From NCBI GenBank assembly GCA_964549305.1, contig CAZJVM010000022.1, forward strand, positions 1-37,836: a stretch of DNA of 37,836 nt. The letters are read 5' to 3'. The position numbers and the translations under genes were made by a program. The DNA is from an uncultured bacterium (lineage in GTDB: Bacteria > Schekmanbacteria > GWA2-38-11 > J061). Under the pieces are notes generated by a model. That model worked only from the letters and a program-made list of their open reading frames with translations. It did no database searches and was not told the origin of the DNA. Of the stretch, positions 9,576 to 19,811 are shown in pieces. Position 1 is the stretch's first letter; the number at the start of each line of letters is the position of its first letter.

Positions 9576-11335
9576 GACTTGACCTCCTCAATCATCTCGA
9601 TTATGTCGCGCGGACACTCTGAGGCGCATATGGAGCACCCCTTGCAGTGGTCATAATCTATTTCATAGCTAAAGCCTTTTTTTATTTTCTTGAGCACCGA
9701 TATATCGGGACAAAACTTATAACAGTTGTCGCAATCGTTACAACTACCGCAGTTAAAGCACCTCTTTGCCTCGGTGGGAGCCTCTTTTTTTGTAAGAGTT
9801 TTGCTCACTTCGGAAAAAGAGGAAGTGCGAGACTTTAAATCCGCTTTCCTTATTTCCGGCGGGTCTGCCTGCAGAAAATAGTCCATATTGAGTTCCTGAA
9901 ATTCAACTATATTGCCCAGTCTTTCAATCACATCTTCACCTGCACCGTCAAAATTCTCAAAGGAAATTCCTCCTTCGGCGCCGATACGGATTTTTTCCGA
10001 TTCAAGTGTAAAGCTTAACCCCTCAATCATCGAATTCACTGCAAGCGCCGCATTTTTCCCTGCCGCAACCGCTTCCACAATGCTTCTCGGTCCTCCTGAA
10101 AAATCGCCTGCCATAAACACCCTGTCAATGGCCGTAATGCATCCGCCGAGCAAACCGCCTCCGAAGCTTCCCGAATTCGCATAGGGGGACAAAACCGAAT
10201 AATCAATCTCTTCACCTATTGCCGCAATGGCGCAATCAAAGTCCTCGCAGAATGTATCTTTCTTCACGGGTACGGGACGCCTTCTGCCACTGTTGTCCGG
10301 TTTTCCCAGTTTCATCCGCTGAAACCTGATTCCTTCCAATCTCCCCTTTTCATCTTTTATAAACTCGCAGGGCGCCACAAGAAAATATATCTCAACACCT
10401 TCATCGACGGCTTCTGATATTTCTTCGGGAAACGCTCCCATTTCAATCCTTGTGCGCCTGTAAAACATCTTGACCTCACATCCCATGCGGAGGGCGCTTC
10501 TTGCAACATCAACAGCGGTATTTCCACCGCCTATTACGGCGACTTTTTTCCCCGGCGCTTTTGTTTTTCCCAAACTTAAATCACTCAGAAATTTGCTTCC
10601 GTCTACTAGCCCCCGGGCATCCTCTCCGGGTATCTCCAGTTTTCGCGAAAGCGAGGCGCCCGTTGCCACAATAACGGCATCCGATTTTTTTAGAAGCCCT
10701 TTGATTGTAAAATCCTTACCGAGTTTTTTGCCGCAGGAAATATTCACTCCCGACTCTGTTATCTTTCTGATTTCCCAATCCACTATATTTTTGGGAAGGC
10801 GATACGAAGGAATACCGTATTGCAGTATTCCTCCAGGTTTGCCGAATGCGTCATAAACGGAAGTCCGGAAACCCCTCTTTGAAAGGTGGTATGCCGCAGT
10901 CAAACCGGCAGGCCCCGCCCCTATAATTGCTATTTCATTTTTTTTCTTCTTTCTTCCCGCTCTTCTCCCGCCTTTTCCCTTGTACTTCTGAAAAGCCATA
11001 TCCGAAACAAATCTTTCCATCGCGTTTATGGAAAGGGGTTCATCGAAGAAACCTCTGTTGCATCCGCTTTCACAGGGATGATAACAGGCGCGCCCGCAAA
11101 CAGCGGGAAAGGGGTTTTCTTCTCTTATGAGATTCCAGGCATCGATATGCTTACCCGATGCCGCAAGGGACATAACGCCTTCTATATTTTCTCCCGCGGG
11201 ACAGGATTCCCTGCAGGGTGCCGTTTTTTCCCTGTATATGGGACGCACATTTCTCCACGCGCCGGTAATATTCTTCGTAACCGACTCGTTGCAAAGCGCC
11301 AAAGGAAGTGAATTATTCTTATTTTTTCTTTTCAT
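9572..11335 (-). CDS. GltD/NfnB-like FAD/NAD(P) Fe-S oxidoreductase embedded in a PorD-like delta subunit
   Basis: N-terminal KNITGAWRNVRP; PCRESCP and CGRACYHPCESGCNR; GAGPAG and GGGNTAVDVAR dinucleotide folds; C-terminal CFNCGSCNDCDNCYKFCP and IDYDHCKGCSICASECP. Confidence 0.85.
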   Translation of the reverse strand: MKRKNKNNSLPLALCNESVTKNITGAWRNVRPIYREKTAPCRESCPAGENIEGVMSLAASGKHIDAWNLIREENPFPAVCGRACYHPCESGCNRGFFDEPLSINAMERFVSDMAFQKYKGKGGRRAGRKKKKNEIAIIGAGPAGLTAAYHLSKRGFRTSVYDAFGKPGGILQYGIPSYRLPKNIVDWEIRKITESGVNISCGKKLGKDFTIKGLLKKSDAVIVATGASLSRKLEIPGEDARGLVDGSKFLSDLSLGKTKAPGKKVAVIGGGNTAVDVARSALRMGCEVKMFYRRTRIEMGAFPEEISEAVDEGVEIYFLVAPCEFIKDEKGRLEGIRFQRMKLGKPDNSGRRRPVPVKKDTFCEDFDCAIAAIGEEIDYSVLSPYANSGSFGGGLLGGCITAIDRVFMAGDFSGGPRSIVEAVAAGKNAALAVNSMIEGLSFTLESEKIRIGAEGGISFENFDGAGEDVIERLGNIVEFQELNMDYFLQADPPEIRKADLKSRTSSFSEVSKTLTKKEAPTEAKRCFNCGSCNDCDNCYKFCPDISVLKKIKKGFSYEIDYDHCKGCSICASECPRDIIEMIEEVKS

Positions 11336-11900
11336 TTATCTTATCGAGAGCAGACAGGCAGCATTTCCTGTATGACTCCTTTGCCGCGAGGAGATTATCC
11401 TTTGCGTGGTCTTTCACTTCCTCTCTCAATGCTTTTTCAAGGGAAGTGAATTTAAGGGCTTTATTTATTCTCATATATGCGCCCAGTATTGCAGTATTCA
11501 CTATGGGCGATGATATTGTGCCAAGCTTGTATTTAAGAGCAATATCCGTGGCATTCACGGTATAGACCTTGAAACCGTTAAAACCGCTGAACTCTATTGG
11601 TTTTTTTCGAGTATTGATAAGTATGCTCCCGTTTTTTTTCAGCCCGTCAACAACATTCTGAAAGCTTATCAGTGTTTCATCGAGGATGACGACCGAATCG
11701 GGAGTATAGACATTGGTGCGCTGGCGAATGGGCTCTTTATCCACTCTCAGAAAAGCGGCAACGGGCGCACCGCGCCTTTCAAGCCCGAATACGGGGAAAG
11801 ACTGCACATAATATCCTTCATTGAATAAAGCAAGGGCGAGTATCTTGGATGCAACAACCGCACCCTGGCCTCCCCTGCCATGAAATCTTATTTCGAACAT
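11319..11900 (-). CDS. 2-oxoacid:ferredoxin oxidoreductase gamma subunit (PorG/PorC-like)
   Basis: Motifs EIRFHGRGGQG, FG.ERRGAPV.AF.R and PIVNTAILGA. Confidence 0.92.
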   Translation of the reverse strand: MFEIRFHGRGGQGAVVASKILALALFNEGYYVQSFPVFGLERRGAPVAAFLRVDKEPIRQRTNVYTPDSVVILDETLISFQNVVDGLKKNGSILINTRKKPIEFSGFNGFKVYTVNATDIALKYKLGTISSPIVNTAILGAYMRINKALKFTSLEKALREEVKDHAKDNLLAAKESYRKCCLSALDKINEKKK

Positions 11901-12122
11901 AATTTTATTTTAAATGAACTGCCTGAAAATTTCTTAAAGAAATAAAAAAAATCGGCTACTGAGTCTATAACAAGCTTTCTCTTTTTTTCAAGCAAAAGCC
12001 TTTTTCTTTCTATACATTTTTTTCTTATTTCCAGCGGAGAATAACCGGAATAAGGTCATCAGGGAACTGCGCCAAAGAAACACCTGTTCCCTGATTGCAT
12101 AAATACTCAACGTTTAAGGGGA

Positions 12123-12794
12123 CTAAAAGCCCAAAATCTCATTCACGAGTATCACCGACATTCTGCCCGGTGAAGGCTGCCCTTCTATTATGGAAAACAT
12201 ATTGCATATTCTTTGCGGAGGATAACATATATCCTCCTCGCAAAAACCTGTCTTCGCGCAGGGAGAATCGGCGCCGAAACGCATACTGTTCATAGGACCG
12301 GCAGTAAGATAGACTCTCTCGAATCCTTCCTGAATGTTTTTTACAATCTTGTTCACTCCCGTCACGATGATGACTTTTTTCGGTCCGTAAATCATCGAAG
12401 CAATTCTGTTGCCGATTCCGTCGGCGTTTATCAATTCACCTTTCAGAGTGAGGGCATTTGTGCTTGAAAGAAAGACATCCGCAGTCAACCCTTCATACCT
12501 GAGACGGTCAACTTCTTCGGCGGAAATATCGTCCCTGTATCTGTCAAGGAGGTTTATCTTCATTGAGCGAAGAGTGTCGATTACTCCGGAATCCACTAAG
12601 GTCGTTGACCCTCCCAGTGCAACGCTTGCCCCTGCGGGAATCATCTTTTTCACTTTTCTTCTGGCATCAGCGCTTGATTTTACAAAAACACCTTCGATAT
12701 TTCTTTTTTTAAGCTCGGCGCAGACCTTCTCCGCCATTTTCACCACGTACGCTTCCCTGGGGTTGACTGACTTTTTTTTAGTTTTTTTTACCAT
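12123..12794 (-). CDS. LUD-domain (LutC/YkgG-like) protein
   Basis: Motifs GGSTTL, ADVFLSSTNALT..GELINADGIGNR, GPKKVIIV.G.NKIV and C-terminal PCAKTGFC...C..PQRIC. Confidence 0.85.
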   Translation of the reverse strand: MVKKTKKKSVNPREAYVVKMAEKVCAELKKRNIEGVFVKSSADARRKVKKMIPAGASVALGGSTTLVDSGVIDTLRSMKINLLDRYRDDISAEEVDRLRYEGLTADVFLSSTNALTLKGELINADGIGNRIASMIYGPKKVIIVTGVNKIVKNIQEGFERVYLTAGPMNSMRFGADSPCAKTGFCEEDICYPPQRICNMFSIIEGQPSPGRMSVILVNEILGF

Positions 12795-12798
12795 TTTT

Positions 12799-13077
12799 TT
12801 AAATCTCTATTTTAAAATCTATGTATCTTCCCGTCCATTCTCCGTAAACCACATCCACATTTTCAACGGTTGATGAGGCAGGCCCTATTTTTAGAAATTC
12901 TACAAAGGAATTAATGTCTTCTTCGTTCCCTTCGGCATAGGAAAAGACCGAACCGTCAGGCTCATTTTTCACATAACCGCAGACTCCCGTCTTTCTTGCC
13001 TCAAGAACGGTAAAATATCTGAATCCCACTCCCTGAACGATTCCCCTGATTTTTACCTTCACCGATATTTTATCCAT
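12799..13077 (-). CDS. acyP: Acylphosphatase
   Basis: Motifs G.VQGVGFR, GYVKN..DGSV and GP..S.V; 92 aa. Confidence 0.92.
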   Translation of the reverse strand: MDKISVKVKIRGIVQGVGFRYFTVLEARKTGVCGYVKNEPDGSVFSYAEGNEEDINSFVEFLKIGPASSTVENVDVVYGEWTGRYIDFKIEI

Positions 13078-13281
13078 ATTTTTTTCCTTTTGTCAGGATT
13101 ATAAGACAGAGAAGAAAGAAGGGTCAAGTGCCGATATTTTTTCCCCTTCAGTAGAATTATAAATTTTTTCACAACTCATATTTTAATAATTGCATATTCA
13201 TATTTTGTCCTCTACTATGTTTTTTTTATATTTTCTTAATTTTTAGATAAAAAAAATTCGAGAATATAGGTTTTAAAAACT

Positions 13282-14583
13282 ATGAATATTGAAAAGCTGA
13301 TAAAAACAAAGAAGGCAAAAATAGCGATAATAGGACTCGGTTATGTGGGACTTCCCCTTGTAATGGAAATTCTGAGATCGGGCTTTACTGTTACCGGCAT
13401 AGATGTAGACGTAAAGAAAGTTGCCCGAATCAACAGGGGAAAATCCCCTGTTTTAGATGTAAGCGACACAAACCTCAAAAAAGCTATCAAGTCGGGAAAA
13501 TTCAGAGCGACTACCGATTACAGTATTCTTTCAGATTCAGATGTAGTCAGCATCTGCGTGCCCACTCCGCTGAGAAAGACAAAAGATCCCGATATTTCCT
13601 TTATTATCTCCGCCGTAAACGAAATCAGAAAATATATCCGCAACGGACAGGTAATCATTCTTGAAAGCACAACATATCCCGGCACTACGAGAGAGCTTAT
13701 CAAACCTTCCCTCGAGTCAGGCGGATTGAAGACGGGAAAGGACTTTTACCTCGCTTTTTCACCTGAGCGCATCGACCCCGGAAACAAACAATACAACACG
13801 AAAAACACCCCGAAGGTCGTTGGCGGAATATCGGATAAATGCACGAGAGTAGCGGGGCTTTTTTATTCGCAGTTTATCGATAATGTGATGAAAGTTTCGG
13901 GAAGCGATTCTGCCGAAATGGTTAAACTTCTCGAAAACACCTTCAGAAGCGTGAATATCGGTTTGGTCAACGAAATGACCCTCATCTGCGAAAAGCTCGG
14001 AATAAATGTATGGGAAGTCATAGATGCCGCGGCAACTAAACCGTTCGGATTTATGCCCTTTTATCCTGGACCGGGGCTTGGCGGGCACTGCATTCCCATC
14101 GACCCCCATTATCTTTCCTGGAAGCTTAAAGAGCTAAATTACAATGCCCGTTTTATAGAGCTCGCCGGCGAAGTCAACTCACATATGCCCGAGTTTGTAG
14201 TAAGCAAGATTATCTCCTCACTCAATGACAAAAGCAAAAGCGTAAAGGGCGCAAAGATTCTCGTACTCGGTGTTTCCTATAAAAACGATATTAACGATAT
14301 GAGGGAATCTCCCGCACTGGACATCATCGAAATATTGAGCAGGAAGGGCGCGAAAATTTCTTACCACGACCCTTACATTCCATCATTTGAAATCAAGGGA
14401 AAATCGTTCAAGTCGAAGGCGCTTACGGCAAATTTATTAAAAAACTCTCACTGCACTGTCATAACGACCAGTCATAAATGCGTGGACTACGGAAAAGTGT
14501 TAAAGAACGCCACAACAATAATCGATACGCGCAACGCGCTGAAGGGCTTTAAAAAGAACAGGAAAAAAATAATCACTCTCTGA
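13282..14583 (+). CDS. UDP-N-acetyl-hexosamine 6-dehydrogenase (WbpA/TviB/WecC family)
   Basis: Motifs IGLGYVGLPL, CVPTP, ESTTYPGTT, SPERIDPG, KLLENTFR, GPGLGGHCIPIDP and RESP. Confidence 0.92.
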   Translation: MNIEKLIKTKKAKIAIIGLGYVGLPLVMEILRSGFTVTGIDVDVKKVARINRGKSPVLDVSDTNLKKAIKSGKFRATTDYSILSDSDVVSICVPTPLRKTKDPDISFIISAVNEIRKYIRNGQVIILESTTYPGTTRELIKPSLESGGLKTGKDFYLAFSPERIDPGNKQYNTKNTPKVVGGISDKCTRVAGLFYSQFIDNVMKVSGSDSAEMVKLLENTFRSVNIGLVNEMTLICEKLGINVWEVIDAAATKPFGFMPFYPGPGLGGHCIPIDPHYLSWKLKELNYNARFIELAGEVNSHMPEFVVSKIISSLNDKSKSVKGAKILVLGVSYKNDINDMRESPALDIIEILSRKGAKISYHDPYIPSFEIKGKSFKSKALTANLLKNSHCTVITTSHKCVDYGKVLKNATTIIDTRNALKGFKKNRKKIITL

Positions 14584-14616
14584 GTTCATTAATTTAACGT
14601 AAGAAGGAAAAGTAAA

Positions 14617-15540
14617 ATGCCAGCATATCTTGTAACGGGAGGAGCGGGATTTATCGGGTCTAATATATGCGATGAACTGACAGACAGGAATATGAAAACC
14701 AGAGTATTCGACAACCTGTCAACGGGAAAAACGGACAATCTCAGGCATCTCGAGGGAAAGATTGAATTCATAAAGGGCGACCTCAGGAATATGGACGACC
14801 TTAAACCTGCAGTAAAAGGTATCGACACAATCTTTCATTTAGCCGCAATCCCATCGGTAATAAGGTCTGTGCAGGATCCAGTTACAAGCAATTCCGCAAA
14901 CATCGACGGCACTCTCAATCTGCTCGTTGCAGCAAGGGATGCGGGTGTGAGAAGAATAATTTTTGCCGGTTCATCATCTGCTTACGGCGACACCGTGGAA
15001 GACAGCAAGTATGAAGATATGAAACCCTCCCCTCTTTCACCCTACGCGATTTCAAAAGTCACGGGAGAATATTACTGCAGGGTATTTTCCAACCTCTACG
15101 GCATTGAAACCGTCGTACTGAGATACTTCAATGTTTTCGGACCGAGACAGGACCCCTCATCGCCCTACTCCGGAGTAATATCCATATTCGTCAAAAAGAT
15201 GAAATCGGGCGAACAACCGACAATTTACGGAAACGGAGAACAGTCAAGGGACTTCACATTCGTTAAAAACGTTATCAACGCCAACCTTCTCGCGGCAAAG
15301 ACGGAAGGCATTTCAGGCAACATTATCAATATTGCCTGCGCAAGCAGAATTACCGTGAACAAACTCGTTGAACAGCTTAATGAAATCCTCGGGACCCACA
15401 TCTCACCCCTGTATGCCGAACCGCGTCCCGGCGATATCCTTCATTCTCTCGCGGATATCAGCAAAGCCAAAAAACTTCTCGGTTACGAACCTGAAGTCCC
15501 CTTTGGCGAAGGCCTTAGAAAAACAGTTGAAAGTATTTGA
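14617..15540 (+). CDS. NAD-dependent nucleotide-sugar 4-epimerase (WbpP/TviC-like SDR)
   Basis: Motifs TGGAGFIGS, SSSAYG, SPYAISK, LRYFNVFGPRQDP.SPYSGVI and QSRDFTFV. Confidence 0.9.
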   Translation: MPAYLVTGGAGFIGSNICDELTDRNMKTRVFDNLSTGKTDNLRHLEGKIEFIKGDLRNMDDLKPAVKGIDTIFHLAAIPSVIRSVQDPVTSNSANIDGTLNLLVAARDAGVRRIIFAGSSSAYGDTVEDSKYEDMKPSPLSPYAISKVTGEYYCRVFSNLYGIETVVLRYFNVFGPRQDPSSPYSGVISIFVKKMKSGEQPTIYGNGEQSRDFTFVKNVINANLLAAKTEGISGNIINIACASRITVNKLVEQLNEILGTHISPLYAEPRPGDILHSLADISKAKKLLGYEPEVPFGEGLRKTVESI

Positions 15541-15627
15541 GGCAATTGCTTTAATATCATACCGTAAAATTTCTATTTCCCGTTTCAGGGAAACAAGCTA
15601 ATTTTGAATTTTAAGAGGAGTCGAAAA

Positions 15628-16989
15628 ATGATAAATCCGCAAATTTTCAGGCAGTATGATATCAGAGGACTCGTTGGAAGCGACCTTACACCGGATATAG
15701 TGGAGACAATAGGCAGGGCATTTGCCACATACCTCGCGCGTGAAGGAAAAAGAAAAATTTCAATCGGATATGACATCCGCTTAAGTTCCGAAGAATTTAA
15801 AGACGCAATAATAAAGGGTGCGACTTCCGCGGGATGCGACTGTATAGACATCGGCATGGTACCCACTCCCATACTTTACTATTCCCTCTTCGAGCTCGAT
15901 GTTGACGGAGGCGTAATGATTACGGGAAGTCACAACCCCCCTGAGTTTAACGGGCTGAAACTGTGCAACAACAAGACGACACTTTACGGAGAGGAAATTC
16001 AGAAAATAAGAAAGATTATCGACGCGGGAGAATTTTCAAAAGGAAGCGGTTCATCATCTAGCGCCTGCATCAATGAAAAATATATTGAAATGGTTGCGGG
16101 AAAAATAAATATCGAAAAGCCTGTAAGAGTGGCAATGGATTCGGGAAACGGCACGGCATCGAATATTGCCCCTGCCCTTTTGAGAAAACTGGGATGTGAA
16201 GTAAAGGAACTTTTCTGCGAACCTGACGGAAATTTTCCAAATCACCATCCCGACCCTACAATCAAGAAAAATCTCGAAACCCTCATAAACACCGTGCTGG
16301 AAGGTAAATACGACATGGGTATAGGCTATGACGGCGACGCTGACAGAATCGGCGTCATTGACGACAAGGGAAATATTATCTGGGGCGACCAGCTTATGAT
16401 TCTCTTTTCAAGGGAGATACTTAAAAACAGTTCTCAACCGATAGTCTTTGAAGTCAAATGTTCTCAAACGCTCTATGACGATGTAAAAAAACACGGCGGC
16501 ACTCCCGTTATGTGGATGGCAGGACATTCGTTAATAAAAAACAAAATGAAAGAAATCAATGCCCCCCTTGGGGGAGAAATGAGCGGCCATATGTTTTTCG
16601 CGGACAGGTACTTTGGTTATGACGACGCCATATACGCGTCATGCAGAATGGCGGAATTGCTCTCAAAGACTGACAAAAAATGTTCTGAACTTCTCGCCGA
16701 CATCCCCAGGATGTACAGCACTCCCGAAATACGCGTCGACTGCACAGACATTGACAAATTTCGCATCGTTTCCGAAGTGACGGAATATTTCAGAGGCAAA
16801 TACGAAATCATAGATGTTGACGGAGTGCGTTTTATGACTGAGGGCGGATGGGGGCTTATCAGGGCATCAAACACCCAACCTGTGCTTGTTCTCAGGTTTG
16901 AAGCTGACTCACCTGAAAAGCTCGACAAAATAAAGAGCATTGCTCTTTCAAAGCTAAGTGAATACGATTCGGTAACACTGCCCGAATAG
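15628..16989 (+). CDS. algC: Phosphomannomutase/phosphoglucomutase (AlgC-type)
   Basis: Motifs IFRQYDIRG, ITGSHNP, PDGNFPNHHPDP, DGDADR, GEMSGH and RASNTQP; ATG 15628 with GAGGAG RBS. Confidence 0.92.
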   Translation: MINPQIFRQYDIRGLVGSDLTPDIVETIGRAFATYLAREGKRKISIGYDIRLSSEEFKDAIIKGATSAGCDCIDIGMVPTPILYYSLFELDVDGGVMITGSHNPPEFNGLKLCNNKTTLYGEEIQKIRKIIDAGEFSKGSGSSSSACINEKYIEMVAGKINIEKPVRVAMDSGNGTASNIAPALLRKLGCEVKELFCEPDGNFPNHHPDPTIKKNLETLINTVLEGKYDMGIGYDGDADRIGVIDDKGNIIWGDQLMILFSREILKNSSQPIVFEVKCSQTLYDDVKKHGGTPVMWMAGHSLIKNKMKEINAPLGGEMSGHMFFADRYFGYDDAIYASCRMAELLSKTDKKCSELLADIPRMYSTPEIRVDCTDIDKFRIVSEVTEYFRGKYEIIDVDGVRFMTEGGWGLIRASNTQPVLVLRFEADSPEKLDKIKSIALSKLSEYDSVTLPE

Positions 16990-17014
16990 GATTAAAAAAC
17001 AAAAAAACGAGGCA

Positions 17015-19687
17015 TCAGGGACTGATATCTGATTTGCCCCGGAAGAAGTTTTTAATGAGGGCGGGAGTTAAAGTTTTTAAAAAGCGAAGACGCAAAAGAT
17101 TCATTGCAATATCCCTGTACGACTTGTCTCCGGAAATGGAGTTGTAAAGGATATCATAGAAGTACTTATTGTCCCTTGAATACTTCACCAATAACTGCAT
17201 CGCGTCGAAGTTGGTACCGAGACTGCAGAGATATCTGACCATTGCGCCATAGTAATAATCGGAAGTCAAATCCCTGCAAAGATATGAATAATAGCCGAAT
17301 GCCTCTTTGGAATATCCCTGATTGAAGATAACTTCCGCCGCGCGCGCACCCGTCGTAAGCGCCACATCTATGCCATGGGACTTGAAGGGTTTGACCCAAC
17401 CTGTGGCATTTCCCGTTATCACGTAACGGTCTCCGCAAACTCCGGAAGCGTATGAAATGGGAAACATACCTGAATAGTACTTAAGCTTTTCCCTTTCAAT
17501 AGAAGGTATTATATTTCTTACAGCGCGGTCATTCAGGAATAAATCCATATCGAGCGAAGTTATGTTTCTGCCCGCAATATTTACTACTATATAATCATAT
17601 TTTGGGACAACTGCGCCGAATTCGATATTGCTCAGAGAAGAGAGAAGAAAGGCATAAATGCCGTTTCTGAATTTTTCATCAATGTCATCGTGTCTTATAT
17701 CAATTTTTGTCATAAAGGTTTTCATCATCTTCTCAGGGCGCCTGTATCTTCCGTCAGTGGCTTTTTCGAATACCTCGAGCATTGCATCGTCTAACCCGAA
17801 AGCGCCTACGACAACATCGGCTTTCCTGAAACAGCTTTCGCTGTATACCCTTACCTCGTTAGTAAAGGATGTATGAGGAAACTCGATTCCGTTAACTCTG
17901 CTGTGTATGACTTCCGCCCCGAGCGCTTTGGCGTAATTGAGCAGATAACGGTCCATTTCCACCCTTCTCACCGTATAGAATGGCTTGTTGTCCTCTCTTC
18001 TGATCAGGTCTATTTCTTCGTCTTCAGTGCAAAGGACATACTTGTCAATCCTGCTTCTGAAAATCGCCTGAGGCATATTCGCGCCTACAAGGGAGTATAG
18101 AATCCTCATTGCGTCGGGAGAGAGAATACCCATACATTGATTGAAGTGATTGGAAAAATCTTTTCCCTCAAAAATAGTAACCTGAATTTTTTTGTTGGCT
18201 TCGGCAGCCATTTTCAAAAGCGCTATAGCGCAGCTTGTTCCCGCAGGCCCTCCGCCGATTATTATTACCCTGCCTGCCTTATCCAGAGTATAGTGCGGAA
18301 CAGCAATTATTTTTCTCCGTATCTTTCTTTTTATTTTTTCTTCTTCGCTTTTCTTCTCGCTATCGACTACTCCGGCAGAAAGAAGCTTTACAACAAATTG
18401 AACAATAAATGTAAAAAGGAGGCGCGGAGAAAGGCTTCTTGTTAGAATCCATCTGTAAGGCGCTTCACCGCTGAAAAAATACCACATACACTTGCTCATA
18501 TAACGCTGTTTCGGAGAAGTGCGCCTCTGTTCGATATCTGCTACGGTAACCTGCACCTGAGAAAGGAGTTTGTTATTGGCAACATGGTCGTTGATGTAAA
18601 ACATCATCTTTCCGTAACGATTGTCCGCGTCAAACATCTTCCTGCACCTTGAATAAAAATGCTTTCTAAGAGATTTGCCGTCTATACCGTAATTCACCAT
18701 TGCCTCTGCCGCAAAAAGCGCAGATGAGTAAGCGGACTCAATTCCGTTTTTCAAATACCTTGAATCGCAGGCATCTCCTATGATTGCCATTCTGTCGCAG
18801 AAAGGATTTCCGGCTGCCGTAACGGGAAGTTTAGGATGGCAGTGGCATACTATATTTTCGCCCTCAGGGAGATACTTTTTAATTTCACTCCCGCGGATTG
18901 CCTCACGCAGATCATTTATCTTAACGTACGCACCTATTGCCGTAACGGTAAGTATATTTTTCTTTGGCGTTATAGCCACGAATTTGAGCTTTCTGTTTCC
19001 GAAATTGAACATATGAATCATATTGCCGAGTTTCTTCTCAATAAATTCCTCATCGACAACAATTTCAGCCTGGCAGGCGTGCCACGTTTGGGGAGGCACA
19101 TAAGCAAAGGGCATTTTTTTGTGGAGATTGCTGTTGACTCCGAACGCGCCTACGATTAAATCATATTCTTTCCATTCGTTTTCTCCCTTTCCGTCCTGGA
19201 GGGCTATTTGCGGTTTTTCCCCGATACGTACCTCTTTTACGAGCTTCTTACTCCATCGCGCGCCTTCCGATACAACCTTATCGAGTAAAAGGCGGTCAAA
19301 GCTCATATAGCCATCTTCCGAAGAAATGGGGCCTATGCCGCGAAATATGGTATATATTGGAGTATTGGGATCTTTATAAAGAGTTATAAACTGCTCTTTG
19401 AGATGAAAAGCATAACCGTTAATCTCCTGCCTTACCGATTTTTCCTCCAGGTCAATGCCTTCCTTATGGAGTTTTTTTATTACCTTGTAACCAAGAACTC
19501 CAGCGCACATATTGCAATCGCGTGGAAGATTGCTGGTAAAGGATTTCGCGTCATAAATATCTATGTCTCCGTCGATACCCTTTTTATGGGAAAGCTTGTG
19601 AAGAAAATGCGCGAACAAACTTCCCGCGGGTCCACCGCCTATGACCGCGGCACGAAATCCACTTTCAAGTTTGATTTTGGTATTCAT
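17015..19687 (-). CDS. Tandem two-domain FAD-dependent oxidoreductase, geranylgeranyl-reductase-like fold x2
   Basis: Two parallel halves: IGGGPAG...C...VGAFG...IGDA...K NGIESA and IGGGPAG...C...VGAFG...TGNA...K SHGIDVA, joined by a hydrophobic then charged linker. Confidence 0.75.
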   Translation of the reverse strand: MNTKIKLESGFRAAVIGGGPAGSLFAHFLHKLSHKKGIDGDIDIYDAKSFTSNLPRDCNMCAGVLGYKVIKKLHKEGIDLEEKSVRQEINGYAFHLKEQFITLYKDPNTPIYTIFRGIGPISSEDGYMSFDRLLLDKVVSEGARWSKKLVKEVRIGEKPQIALQDGKGENEWKEYDLIVGAFGVNSNLHKKMPFAYVPPQTWHACQAEIVVDEEFIEKKLGNMIHMFNFGNRKLKFVAITPKKNILTVTAIGAYVKINDLREAIRGSEIKKYLPEGENIVCHCHPKLPVTAAGNPFCDRMAIIGDACDSRYLKNGIESAYSSALFAAEAMVNYGIDGKSLRKHFYSRCRKMFDADNRYGKMMFYINDHVANNKLLSQVQVTVADIEQRRTSPKQRYMSKCMWYFFSGEAPYRWILTRSLSPRLLFTFIVQFVVKLLSAGVVDSEKKSEEEKIKRKIRRKIIAVPHYTLDKAGRVIIIGGGPAGTSCAIALLKMAAEANKKIQVTIFEGKDFSNHFNQCMGILSPDAMRILYSLVGANMPQAIFRSRIDKYVLCTEDEEIDLIRREDNKPFYTVRRVEMDRYLLNYAKALGAEVIHSRVNGIEFPHTSFTNEVRVYSESCFRKADVVVGAFGLDDAMLEVFEKATDGRYRRPEKMMKTFMTKIDIRHDDIDEKFRNGIYAFLLSSLSNIEFGAVVPKYDYIVVNIAGRNITSLDMDLFLNDRAVRNIIPSIEREKLKYYSGMFPISYASGVCGDRYVITGNATGWVKPFKSHGIDVALTTGARAAEVIFNQGYSKEAFGYYSYLCRDLTSDYYYGAMVRYLCSLGTNFDAMQLLVKYSRDNKYFYDILYNSISGDKSYRDIAMNLLRLRFLKTLTPALIKNFFRGKSDISP

Positions 19688-19811
19688 AAGCCTCTCTTAA
19701 AAACATACAGTATTTTCCTGTTTTTTAAAAGTTTATTACAGTATAATTTTTAAATTGTTATTTTTTTAATGCTCGTTTTTATCCGTTGAAAAACAGGGGA
19801 GCCGGGAAAAA

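Noticed and set aside
9572-11335. Calling this gltD or dsrL
   Set aside because: No gltB or dsr genes nearby; position and terminal motifs indicate the delta subunit of a 2-oxoacid oxidoreductase.
13282-16989. Vi-antigen or complete O-antigen locus
   Set aside because: Only precursor enzymes are present, with no adjacent glycosyltransferase, polymerase or export genes.
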